Below are positions 26,345 to 36,189 of a DNA stretch of 64,000 nucleotides, in pieces. The stretch's first letter is position 1, and the number at the start of each line of letters is the position of its first letter. The position numbers were made by a program, and so were the translations under genes. Source of the stretch: Raja brachyura (lineage: Eukaryota); contig OY740798.1 of assembly GCA_963514005.1 (NCBI GenBank), positions 24,490,001 to 24,554,000 of the forward strand, in the 5' to 3' direction. The notes under the pieces are model-generated. The model worked only from the letters and a program-made list of their open reading frames with translations. It made no database searches and had not been told where the DNA came from.

Positions 26345-28030
26345 CCCTAACTTGATACTCTGCAATCACTCGCCCTCATCTACACCTATATCTTTGACTC
26401 AGACTTTAAAACAGCCAGCTAATAATGAAATAGGTCCAGAGTAGATAAAACATTAGCTCAATTTCTCTTTCCAGAGATACTGCCTGGCCCACTGAAGCAT
26501 ATTTAATCTTTATTTCAGGTTTCCAGTATCTGGTGGTTTTTTTTTTAACTTTCACTGAAATCATATCTGCTTTCAAATAATGTTATTGAGAATTCTGCTT
26601 AAAAGACATTTACATGAAATGTTTTGGATGGAACTGCAGATGCTGGTTTGAACCGAAGAGACACAAAAAGCTGGTGCAAATCAGCAGGACAAGCAGCATC
26701 TCAGGAGAGACGGAATGGGTGACATGTCGGGTCGAGGGATAAGGGAAACGAGAAATATGATTTGATACAAAATGTTAAGTTTTCCTCTGCACAAACGTTG
26801 ACGTGCTTACTGAGAACTTTCATCATTTTCCATTTACACTACTAAGATTTGTATTTACTCTCAGCACTTAGCGCTTGTGTTTGGTGAAGTCAAATTATTT
26901 TTTTCCTCATGTGACCTTTCAGTTAGTAGGCAATAAAATAGACAATATATACAATTGCCCATCACCAGCTTCCCAAACAATGAAAGGATGAATGATCCCC
27001 TTTAGTTCTTCTAATTATGACTTCGCTTTGCTATTAGGCAGGGAATTCGAGCTGCCAAAATAATATTAATTGTCGCATAGCTTAGATTTGACAAAACAGG
27101 GTCCAAGTTTTTCCTGCCCTCAATGCTCCAAATATATGTGCCACAAACAATCTTATTTACCACGGTGATCCTGAACTCAAGACAAGGCCCTAAGTGGCAT
27201 CAAGACTTTGGGTTACATAATTTAGTGGCGTGTTCGAGAGCCCATTAACACATGCAACGTTGTCATTGTTCTTAAATGTACAGATGTTGATAATATTTAC
27301 TGTGATATTGGCATACAACTCCCATCATACAAAGTTAACAACTTTGCTTAACCACATTGACGTCAAGTTAATTTAACCATGACATCACATGATTGATGAT
27401 CGGCATGGACTCAGTTGCCTGAAGGGCTTTTTTCAACACCATATCTCTAATCTAAAGTAAATTAAACATCCTTAATGAGAAAATGAGTGCTCGTGTCATC
27501 TATTGTAACAGAAAAAAATTTCAGAGAAATTCACGTTTAATTATGTGATGTATATCCAAGCCAAAAATTGGAGAACTTCCCCCCAAAATATTGAAAGTCA
27601 AACTATGAGTGGCTGTCGGTATAGACTAGGAAGGTTCATGTTCAGTGGTTATTTTTTCCCCCTAAATGTGACTTATGTGGGATGCTTCACTCATCACTTT
27701 GGATGGTTATAACTGGATTGAACAATTTAATTAATCATTCACCAAATGGATATGCACATGATTATAAAAATTGAAAAGTGACTGAGCTGGTGCCAGGTAT
27801 TCTTAGTTATGTATTGCAGAGTAGACTCGATGGGCAGAATGGCCTAATTCTACAGCTATAACTTGTGAACATGAACTTGTGTTATAGAAAATTCAAGATA
27901 TTTGAAAACATGAGGCGATTGATTTGAACGGCATATTACAGATAGCTTATAAGTCTATGAAAACAAACTGCTGGAGGAACTGAGCGGGTCATGCAGCATG
28001 AATGGAGGGAATGGACATTTCATAATGAGA

Positions 28031-28384
28031 GTAGGAGGTTGGTTTGTAGTGGATGTCAGTCAGGAGTGTATCACCTGCAATAGAGATGGTGAGGTCAAGG
28101 AATGGTAGGGAAATGTCAGAAATGGTCGAAGTATATTTGAGTGCCGGATGGAAGTTGGTGGTGAAATGGATGAAGTCAGTCAGTTCTGCGTGGGTGCAGG
28201 AGGTGACACCAAAGCAGTCGTCAATGTAACGGAGGTAAAGGTCGGGGGTGGGGCCCTGGTACGCCGAGAACAAAGATTGTTCGACGTGCCCGACAAAGGG
28301 TCTGAAGAAGGGTCTCGACCCGAAACATCGCCTATCTCCTTAGATGCTGCTGCACCCGCTGAGTTTCTCCAGCTTTTTGTGTAA
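28031..28384. mobile_element. Penelope-like insertion: inverted RT fragment joined to a hammerhead-bearing tail
   Basis: LYLRYIDDCFG...PFLDLTI on the minus strand; tail on the plus strand; 14-bp TSD ATTTCATAATGAGA at 28017-28030 and 28385-28398. Confidence 0.87.
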
Positions 28385-28629
28385 ATTTCATAATGAGATC
28401 TTACTTCAGAGTGACAGATGACATTTTGTGTTGAGACCCTTCTTCAGACTCTAATACCATCCTGACCTCCCCTCTAAATCGTCTTCCCCTCCCCCCCCCG
28501 GACACTGAATAGTCTGCCCTCAGTAGAGGTCTTAACTTTGCGCTGTGCACCAACACCTCACGGAGTTCCAATCCCACCATGATGTTGAGCTGTTTATACA
28601 AGACTGAAACAGGCACTCTGGCTTGATCA

Positions 28630-28870
28630 TTAGTTCACACTAGTTCTAGCTTATTCCACTTTTCCATCCACTCCCTACACAGGTGCAATATGCAGCAGCC
28701 CTGTTAACCTACAACCCCTCGTCTTTGGATCGTGGGGAAAAAAATGAAGCATTCAGAGGAAAACCATGTAGTCACAGGAAGAACGTTCAAATTTCACAGA
28801 CCGCATCCGAGATTAGGATTAAACCCGGGGCGCTGGTGCTGTGAGGTAACAGCTCTAATCTCACACCCAC
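28630..28870 (-). mobile_element. V-SINE, degraded
   Basis: Reverse-complement match to the SINE head and V-domain. Confidence 0.7.
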
Positions 28871-30669
28871 TATCCAGGTTATCCACTTTTATCACACAGT
28901 ATATTTTAGCATTGAAATTTCATCACAATTTCAATTCTTCCACATGGGGACACCGACAATTAACCATACAGCCAATCATAGCTATCTACCACAATCTGCT
29001 GCAAAAATTTGAAATTCAAAAATCTGCAGATTCTACAACACTGATATTAAAACAGAAAATGTTCGAAACTGTTAACAAATCACACAGCATCCGTGGAAAG
29101 GGAAAGAGAATATTTCAGATCAGAGACCTCTGCATTAGAATTGAAGAGTTTTTAACCAGGATCTTTTACTTAAGTTTCTCTTTCCATAGATGGTGCCTAA
29201 CCCGTCGTGTACTTCCAGCATTTTGTTTTTATACTGCAAAAGTTGACGCAGATACCAGGTTAACCTAGATAGCATATCAAGTTATGATATTATTAATTTG
29301 CCACTATTTGCTTCATGAGTGAGCAATGACAGCTATCCAAAGGAAACCCATTCCATGTAAAGACAAAATATACTGCATTAAATGCCGTATTAATGAAAAA
29401 TTAAACCCAAAATCAAATTTAAAAAATACCCTGCAGATTTGATAAAATCTAAAGTTGGAGATATTAATCTAAAATCACAACAGCTACCATGCCTTTCCAT
29501 CGTTTTACATTATAGAGAAATATATAAATTTAAGGAACACAAAAACGTTATGCACATGGGTCCCATTTTCAATAGTCATTAATTAAAAAAAACACTTTTT
29601 ATTTATTAACGTTTAAAAGTTCAATTCTTTTCAATCCAACTATTGTTTTGCTTTACGGTGCTGGTAATAGGTAATCGTATATTTAATAAGCATAACTTGA
29701 AAAATTACCAGCTTATCTTCCTATAATTACTCTGTACCTCAAAAAAGGCCATCACGGTAATCGTTTTTATGCAGGGCTGTTCAGGAATTTGATTTATTTA
29801 TAACAGTAGGCCAGGAGACGGCTGTTACACAAAAAATGTGAAGTATCGTGACAAAATATCAATTGCGAAGATAACTTTAAGGAATTATTGACTAACAAGT
29901 AGCTCTGTAGAATGTCATTTGAATACGTAGACAAGTGATACCAATACAACCACGTTAATGGAAGTACCATCAATCTCTCGCCGAGGCTTTTGAAATTGGC
30001 ACGACTAATAGTTGTATACTGGAATATATTAATGAAGTATTTGGTGATCTGGACTAACTTCAATAAAATTTATGGAAATGCCAGAGGCACGGAACAAAAA
30101 AATAGAAATACCAAGTACAAATCACTTAAAGCGGAAACCAAAGCTAGAATTTTAAAAAATATTTGAATATTCATCAGTAAAGTTCATTTCAGATGTTGAC
30201 AAATCTTGGACACTAGCAGTACTTGCTGCTTTTATTCAGTAACATTCTAACGCTACAAGGCGCGGGCCCAGTAATTTACACGTTAACGATCACAAAACCA
30301 GAAACATTTCACAGTTGAGCTGTTTACTGGCGGCAACGGGCAAGCCGGGCAGTAAAATCCTCCGGACAAAGAGCAGCGGCAGCCGGGGTGGTGTTGGAGC
30401 GAGCGGGCGGACGGCCTGCCTGGGGCCGGACGGTGGGAAGCCGCCCCTGCGGTTACTGGTTACGTAGGGCAAGTTTGAAAATGTACCGAGGACCAAAGCA
30501 GAGGCGAGAGACTTCATGGTCCGGCTGAACCAAACTGGCTTCCACACCTACTCTCAGCACCAAACCGCCGAGGCTCCGCTCCCGGACACCTCTCCCCAAC
30601 ACACAACTAAAACCTTGGCCGAGCTGGGTAAAAGAAATAGGGCACACTGGGTAAAAAAAAATTACTAAC

Positions 30670-30730
30670 CTCTTTTTTTCCAACAATTCCTCCCTTCGAC
30701 CACCATGCATCAGGAGCGGAAACACAGTGG
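30670..30730 (-). other. ZNF143: ZNF143 first (5' UTR) exon; 5' end approximate
   Basis: Minus strand reads cctgatgcatggtggtcgaagggaggaattgttggaaaaaaagag|GTTAGT, a donor inside a CpG island. It closely resembles the human ZNF143 leader as I recall it (TGCATGGTGGTCG...GGAATTGTTGGAAAA); not verified by alignment. Confidence 0.8.
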
Positions 30731-30734
30731 CGCT

Positions 30735-30848
30735 CCTCACCCGCCCCGCACCCTGAATCGCGCATTGCTCCACCTCGCCCGCCCCGCACCCTGAATCGCA
30801 CATTGCGCCACCTCGCCCGCCACGATCCCTGAATCGCGCATTTCTTCA
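30735..30848. repeat. 38-bp tandem repeat, 3 copies, immediately upstream of ZNF143 exon 1
   Basis: Unit cctcRcccgccccgcaccctgaatcgcRcattgcNcca; the ctgaatcg core recurs at 30753, 30791 and 30829. Confidence 0.92.
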
Positions 30849-30959
30849 CCGCACCTGCCTACTCCTCAGTCACTCATTCCCATTCTTCGTTCTTGGTCCT
30901 CCAAAATATTCCAACTGGAATTTAAACTGGAGGTGGTGAAGGGAGGGGTTTAGCCAGAG

Positions 30960-31285
30960 AGGGTTATTGGGAAGAAAGTGCCACTAAATTTAGTTGCATC
31001 TGGCTGGGCAACCGTGGCTTGGTGGAGATTATTCCATGCTTTAATAGTGCGTGGAAAGAACAAATTGCTGTACACATCTGTCTTTGAGGCTGGGACCACA
31101 AATTGGATCGAATGCCCTCGTCTGCTCCTAATTGGTCCTAATAGATCTTGTGATCTATGTCTAGCTGACCATTTAACATTTTGTAAAAACAGGTCAAACG
31201 GTGAGCTTCACGTCTGTCTTGTAGAGGGTTCCACCCTAGAGAATTCAGAAGTTTGGTGACATTGACTGCAACCCTCCACCAGGGT
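30960..31285 (-). mobile_element. LINE ORF2 C-terminal fragment (L2/CR1 group)
   Basis: VTKLLNSLGWNPLQDRREAHRLTCFYKMLNG; downstream FFPRTI-like motif. Confidence 0.65.
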
Positions 31286-31479
31286 GTTGGAAGAAACTGC
31301 AGGTGCTGGTTTACACTGAAGATAGACAAAGTACTGGAGTAACTCAGCGGGACAGGCATCTCTGGATAAAATATTTTTTTATTTTAAAATAGTGATTGGA
31401 ATGGGTGTCAGTATGTGTTATGCTGTTGGAAGTAAGAATTTCATTGTTCTATCTGGGATATATGACAATAAAACACTCT

Positions 31480-32030
31480 TGACATTTTGGGTTGAGAACC
31501 TTCTTCAGACTGAGTCAGGGAGGAGGGAAACACAAGGGTGGAAGATTGCAACCTTCTCGTGGTCCGCCCTGTTTCGACTAATGCAATCAACTCGACATGC
31601 ACAAACGGAAGATCAAATAGAACAAGTTGTCCAACAACTTTAGGCTGTGCACGCCACATAAAAGAAGAAGAGGGAAACACAGAGTTAAGGAAGTGTAAGG
31701 TGTGAAAACGAGACATTAACAGGGATGCTGTTCAAGGTAAATGTGGAATAGATCATTGTTAGAAGGTGACAACGAAGCATACAAAGATAATATGAAATCC
31801 GGGGGACAGTCAGGTCGGAGAACTAGGATAGGAGAGATGGAGAGAGGGAACGCAAGGGTTTCTTGAAGTTAGAGGTCAATATTCATACAGCTGGGTTGTA
31901 ATTCGCCCAGGTGAAATATGAGGTGCTGTTCTTCCAATTTGCGTTGAGCCTCATTGACAATGGTGGAGGCCCAGGACAGAAAGGTCGGTGTAGGAATTGG
32001 AGTTAAAGTGTTTAGCAAGTTCAGGTAAGT
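31480..32030 (-). mobile_element. Penelope-like tail/EN-end fragment with a nested plus-strand retroelement tail (31547-31670, GAA tail)
   Basis: Similar to 58300-58575 and 19850-20010. Confidence 0.7.
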
Positions 32031-32039
32031 TCAGGTGGA

Positions 32040-32395
32040 GCAAGGTGGAGGGGGGCGGGGACATTGCCAGAGGGGGGCAGGGGAGGACACTGGCAGTGGG
32101 CGGGGACTATTGCGAGGGGGGCGAAGACACTGGCTTGGGGGGGCACCGGTGGGGGGACACTGGAGGAGGGGGTGGAGGGAGGGAGAAGACTGGCCGGGGA
32201 GAGGGAGGAAACTGGCTGGGGGGGATCATTGGTCGGGACACACACACTGGCCGAGAGGGGTCTGCCCGTGTGGACGGGACTAGCCGGGGAGAGGGAGGAG
32301 ACCGGCTGGGGAGGGGGACATTGGCCTGGGGAGAGGGAGGAGATCGGCCGGGGGGGAGGGACTGGCTGGGGGGGGGGGGGGAGAGGGGGAGAGAG
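32040..32395 (+). repeat. G-rich low-complexity minisatellite-like tract
   Basis: Repeated ggggagagggagga...ggctgggg units and G runs longer than 10 nt. Confidence 0.8.
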
Positions 32396-32830
32396 ACAGC
32401 CGGCCTCGCGCTCCATTGTCGGCGGATCCACGCGACCAGCGCGGAGTCACGTGCGCGGGGCCGGCTCGCTCACCTCACGTGATGAACCAGGCCGTGATGC
32501 AATGCAACCCCTGGGCGCCCGGAAACGAAGCTGCCGCTGTCGCAGTTACTCAGCTTCCCGGGTGCTCTCGGGCGCCATTTTACAAAAAGGCCATCGGTCC
32601 ACCAGATGAATTTAATACATATTCGATGCGCAAAAGCCTCCGGAATATGTGTTTGCTGTGTTGGGGAAATTTAAATGAGCGAGGGCAGCGTTAAAGGCCC
32701 AATTCTTTGGCGTTTTGGCCAACACGCAGCGGTCAGGTGTCGTCAGCGAGCCTGTCGGCGGAATGGAGCTGGCGGGAGGGTGGATGCAGCGCCTCCGTGC
32801 GGCCGCCCGCGGTGCTTCATCACCACGTCT
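32395..32830 (-). promoter_or_regulatory. Second CpG island with promoter motifs and a candidate alternative first exon (about 32474-32600)
   Basis: E-boxes GTCACGTG 32446-32453 and TCACGTGA 32475-32482; YY1-type AAAATGGCG (minus, 32573-32581); donor GAG|GTGAGC with exon end at 32474. Confidence 0.65.
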
Positions 32831-32929
32831 GGTGCTGGTTCCTTTGAGCTGCAGAGAATAACTTTAATAAAATGAGGAAGCTGTAAAAGCGAGCCTCTTT
32901 CAAAGGTGTAGTTAGCACTTCCGAATAAA

Positions 32930-33439
32930 CTTAAACTTTGCCAAATTGGCGGTACTGTAGAGAGTGAAGATGGTTATTAAAAATTAACGCATGATCTTGA
33001 TCAGTTGAGTATCTTTGGGCAAGAGGGCTGAGGAATGGTTGATGGGAGTTTATCACAGATATGTGCAAGGTGTTGCATTTTGGGAAGTCAAAATAAGGCA
33101 AGGGCTTCACGGAATGTTGTAGGGATCTATCCAAGGGATCTAGAAGTGCAGGTTCACATTCCTCGAATGTGGGGCACCCCCCCATCCCGGTGTTAGGGGG
33201 GCAAGAAGGAAGAGGGACCAATGGGACTATATTGAATACTATTGTAACTTTGTCAACACCCTATTTGTGGCAACTCTTTGCATACTTGTGTATATGCAAA
33301 ACAAAGAATTTCACTGTACCGAGTATACATGACAATAAAGTGTTAATCAGTTGGAAAGTGCAGAGGAGATTTACGGTGATAGGGAAAGATTTAATAGGAA
33401 CCTGAGGGACAACATTTTCACACAGAGGGTGGTGGGTAT
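32930..33439 (+). mobile_element. Degraded CR1 that hosts the Gypsy insertion (continues at 45158-45340)
   Basis: cacagagggtggtgGGTAT|atggaatgagctgccagagg is continuous CR1 sequence once the LTR element is removed. Confidence 0.8.
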
Positions 33440-33638
33440 TGTCATGACGATGAGACATGATGATATGCAAATATCATGACCTTTGTATCAGATAACTTGG
33501 AGGTCAGTGTGTGCACTGGGTAAGCCTAGGCTGGAGGCCATGGCTGAGTAAGATAATAAACACGGAGACCAAGGAACGTAACCTGTAAATATTGTGTCAG
33601 TATTATTATTATTCCACATCTGAGGCGAAGATGTGACA
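33440..33638 (+). repeat. 5' LTR of the Gypsy element
   Basis: 199-bp direct repeat of 44946-45152; contains AATAAA; followed by the PBS at 33640-33652. Confidence 0.96.
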
Positions 33639-36189
33639 TTGGCGACGAGGATATTTCGGATATTTTGGACTCTGAATCCGTGGCTACGAGCAGGAAAATT
33701 TTTTTTTTTTTTAAATGGCAGTCGCTGGAGCTGATTTCTTAGCACTTCGCAGAGTTCCACGTGCGATGCGAGTACCGTCAGCGTGAAGTGGAATGCTTGG
33801 CTGGAGGAATTCGAAGCTTACGACAACAGTTGAGGTCTCTTTCTTGAGGAGAGTAAGCCGGGGCAGAAAGCACGAAGGAGAGCGTTGCTTCTTTTCACCG
33901 CGAGGCCAGCAGTTCGAGAAATGTTTAAAACACTCCCTGATACCGGAATGAAGGAAAACTATAAGAAAGCCGTTGATGCTTTGAACAGTCATTAGTGGTG
34001 CCAAATGCTACATTTCAACGCCATTTGTTCCGTAAAACAATGCAGGAAGAGGGCGAGATTGTTGCTCAATTTGTGACGAGACTCAGACAGGTGTCTGTAG
34101 GATGCAAATATGTGGCTGCTGATGTGGAAAACCAGATATTGGATCAGGTTGTCCAGCATTGCAGGTTCGACAAGCTCAGGAGAAGGCTGCTTGAAGAAGG
34201 GGGTGAGTTAAACCTTAAAGATGCTTTGTCGATTGCAGCAGCACTGGAAGCTGTTGAGGGACAATTTCACAACATGAAATTGAAAGATTCTAAGACTGGG
34301 CAAGTTGACCATCTGTTCTACAATAGACCAAGAGGTATGCCTGAACATGAGATCAAGTGTTACAGGTGTGGCAACAAGGGTCACATAGGGAAAGATGCAT
34401 GATGTCCAGCAAAATGTGGAACATGTAGGAAACGTGGAGATAAAGATCATTTTGCAAAGAAATGTAAAAGTAAGGCCAGGGACAAGACAACTGATTACAA
34501 CAAGAAAGGGAAGTCCAGTGAAATGAAAAACAGACCTTGACTGAAAAAGAAGGGTAATGTTCGTCACGTAGAAGGTGATTTCGGAAGTGATGAAGCTGGT
34601 GAGCATGCTGTTAAAAGGAATTATCAATTTGCATTGAATGAGAGCCATTACGAGAAAGTTGCAGTACCCATCGGAGGTGTTACAGTGCCAGTGATTGTAG
34701 ATTCTGGTAGCGACAGCAACGTAATTGACAGATCACTTTGGGAATGCTTGAAACAGCAGAAAATCAAGTGCACGTCAAGGAGGTGTAGTAGGAAGTTATA
34801 TCCATGCACCGCAACTAAACCATTGCAGACCATTGGATGTTTCACGGCTAAAGTAGAAGTCGGAGATAGAGAAACTGAAGCAGAATTTGTGGTGATAGAG
34901 GAGAAGGGAGAACCTCTGCTTAGTAGAAATACAGCTTGAGAGCTGGGAGTGCTTCACATCGGAGTGCATGTCAATTCAGTGCAGTCATATGATGACATGA
35001 GGCAGGAATTTCATTCAGTATTCCAAGGGGTTGGAAAATTGAAAGGCCGGCAAGTGAAGTTAGCCATTGATGAAAATGTCAAGCCGATAGCTCAACCGGT
35101 GCGGAGAACGGCATTTGGACTTTGTGGGAAAGTTGAAGCTAATATCAAGGAGTTGATTGATCAGGACATTATTGAACCAATTGAATGTTCAACACCATGG
35201 GTGAGTCCAGTTGTGATTGTGCTGAAACCCAATGATGACATTAGACTGTGTGTTGACATGAGGAGAGCCAATGGGGCAATAATCAGAGAAAGATTCCCAA
35301 TTCCTATGGTTGATGAGGTGCTCAACCAGTTATCAACCAGTAAAGTGTTTTCCAAAATTGATCTAAAGTGGGGATATCATCAGTTGGAATTACATCCAGA
35401 GTCAAGAGAGGTGACAACATTCGTCACCCACTGCGGATTGTACCGATACAAAAGACTGATGTTTGGAATCAATGCTGGTCCCGAGATCTATCAGTACAAA
35501 ATTCACAGAGTGATTCAAGGTGTACCAGGAGTAGCAAACATATCAGATGACATCATCGTCCATGCAGCAATTCGTGAAGAGCATGACAGGAGGTTGAAGC
35601 TAGTGTTGACTAAACTTCAAGAAGCAGGTCTCACTGTGAATGAAGACAAGTGCACGTTTGGCGTCTAATGAGTGCATAAACCCTTGGATATTATGATCCA
35701 GCTGCACCAACAAAAGTCATAGCAGGTGCTAGTCTTGTCGGCTTAGGAGCAGTGCTGGTACAGAAACATGCAGATGGACCCAGAATCATAGCATATGCCA
35801 GTCGATCGTTAACCAGCGTGGAGAGAAGGTATTCTCAAACAGAGAGTGAAGCACTGGGACTAGTGTGGGACTGTGAAAGGTTCCATGCATACTTGTATGG
35901 CATTGAATTTGAACTTGTTACAGATCATAAGCCGCTGGATGTGATCTATTCGACATCGTCTAAGCCATGTGCCAGAATAGAACATTGGGTGCTGAGACTC
36001 CAACAGTACAAGTACAAAGTAGTCCACATTGCTGGGAAAGCAAACATCGCGGACCCGTTGTCGAGACTGTTGAAGGATGAACAGCTGTGAGCAACATCCA
36101 CGCTAGAGATGGAAGCAAATAACTTTGTGCTATTCGTCGCAATTCAGTCAATGCCAGGGGCCGTAACAACGAAGAAAGTTGAAAGGGAA

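Larger units (their letters stand above)
3794..30730 (-). other. ZNF143: ZNF143 (Staf) gene, exons 1-8; 3' part continues beyond the left edge of the window
   Basis: Spliced exons give [67 protein letters not shown]-...[22 protein letters not shown], matching the vertebrate ZNF143 N-terminus and first C2H2 finger. IPO7 lies upstream on the same strand, as in human. Confidence 0.97.
30260..30860. promoter_or_regulatory. CpG island / proximal promoter of ZNF143 with GC boxes
   Basis: Dense non-repeat CpGs in an otherwise CpG-poor background; GGGGCGGG boxes on the minus strand near 30741 and 30779. Confidence 0.85.

Noticed and set aside
30735-30848. CRISPR-like repeat
   Set aside because: Head-to-tail tandem units with no unique spacers, no cas genes, and a eukaryotic context.
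31997-32609. Gly/Pro-rich ORFs
   Set aside because: Low-complexity G-rich DNA lacks stop codons by composition.
33995-36090. Intact or domesticated gag-pol gene
   Set aside because: Multiple stops, frameshifts, a deletion after the RT and nested insertions indicate neutral decay.
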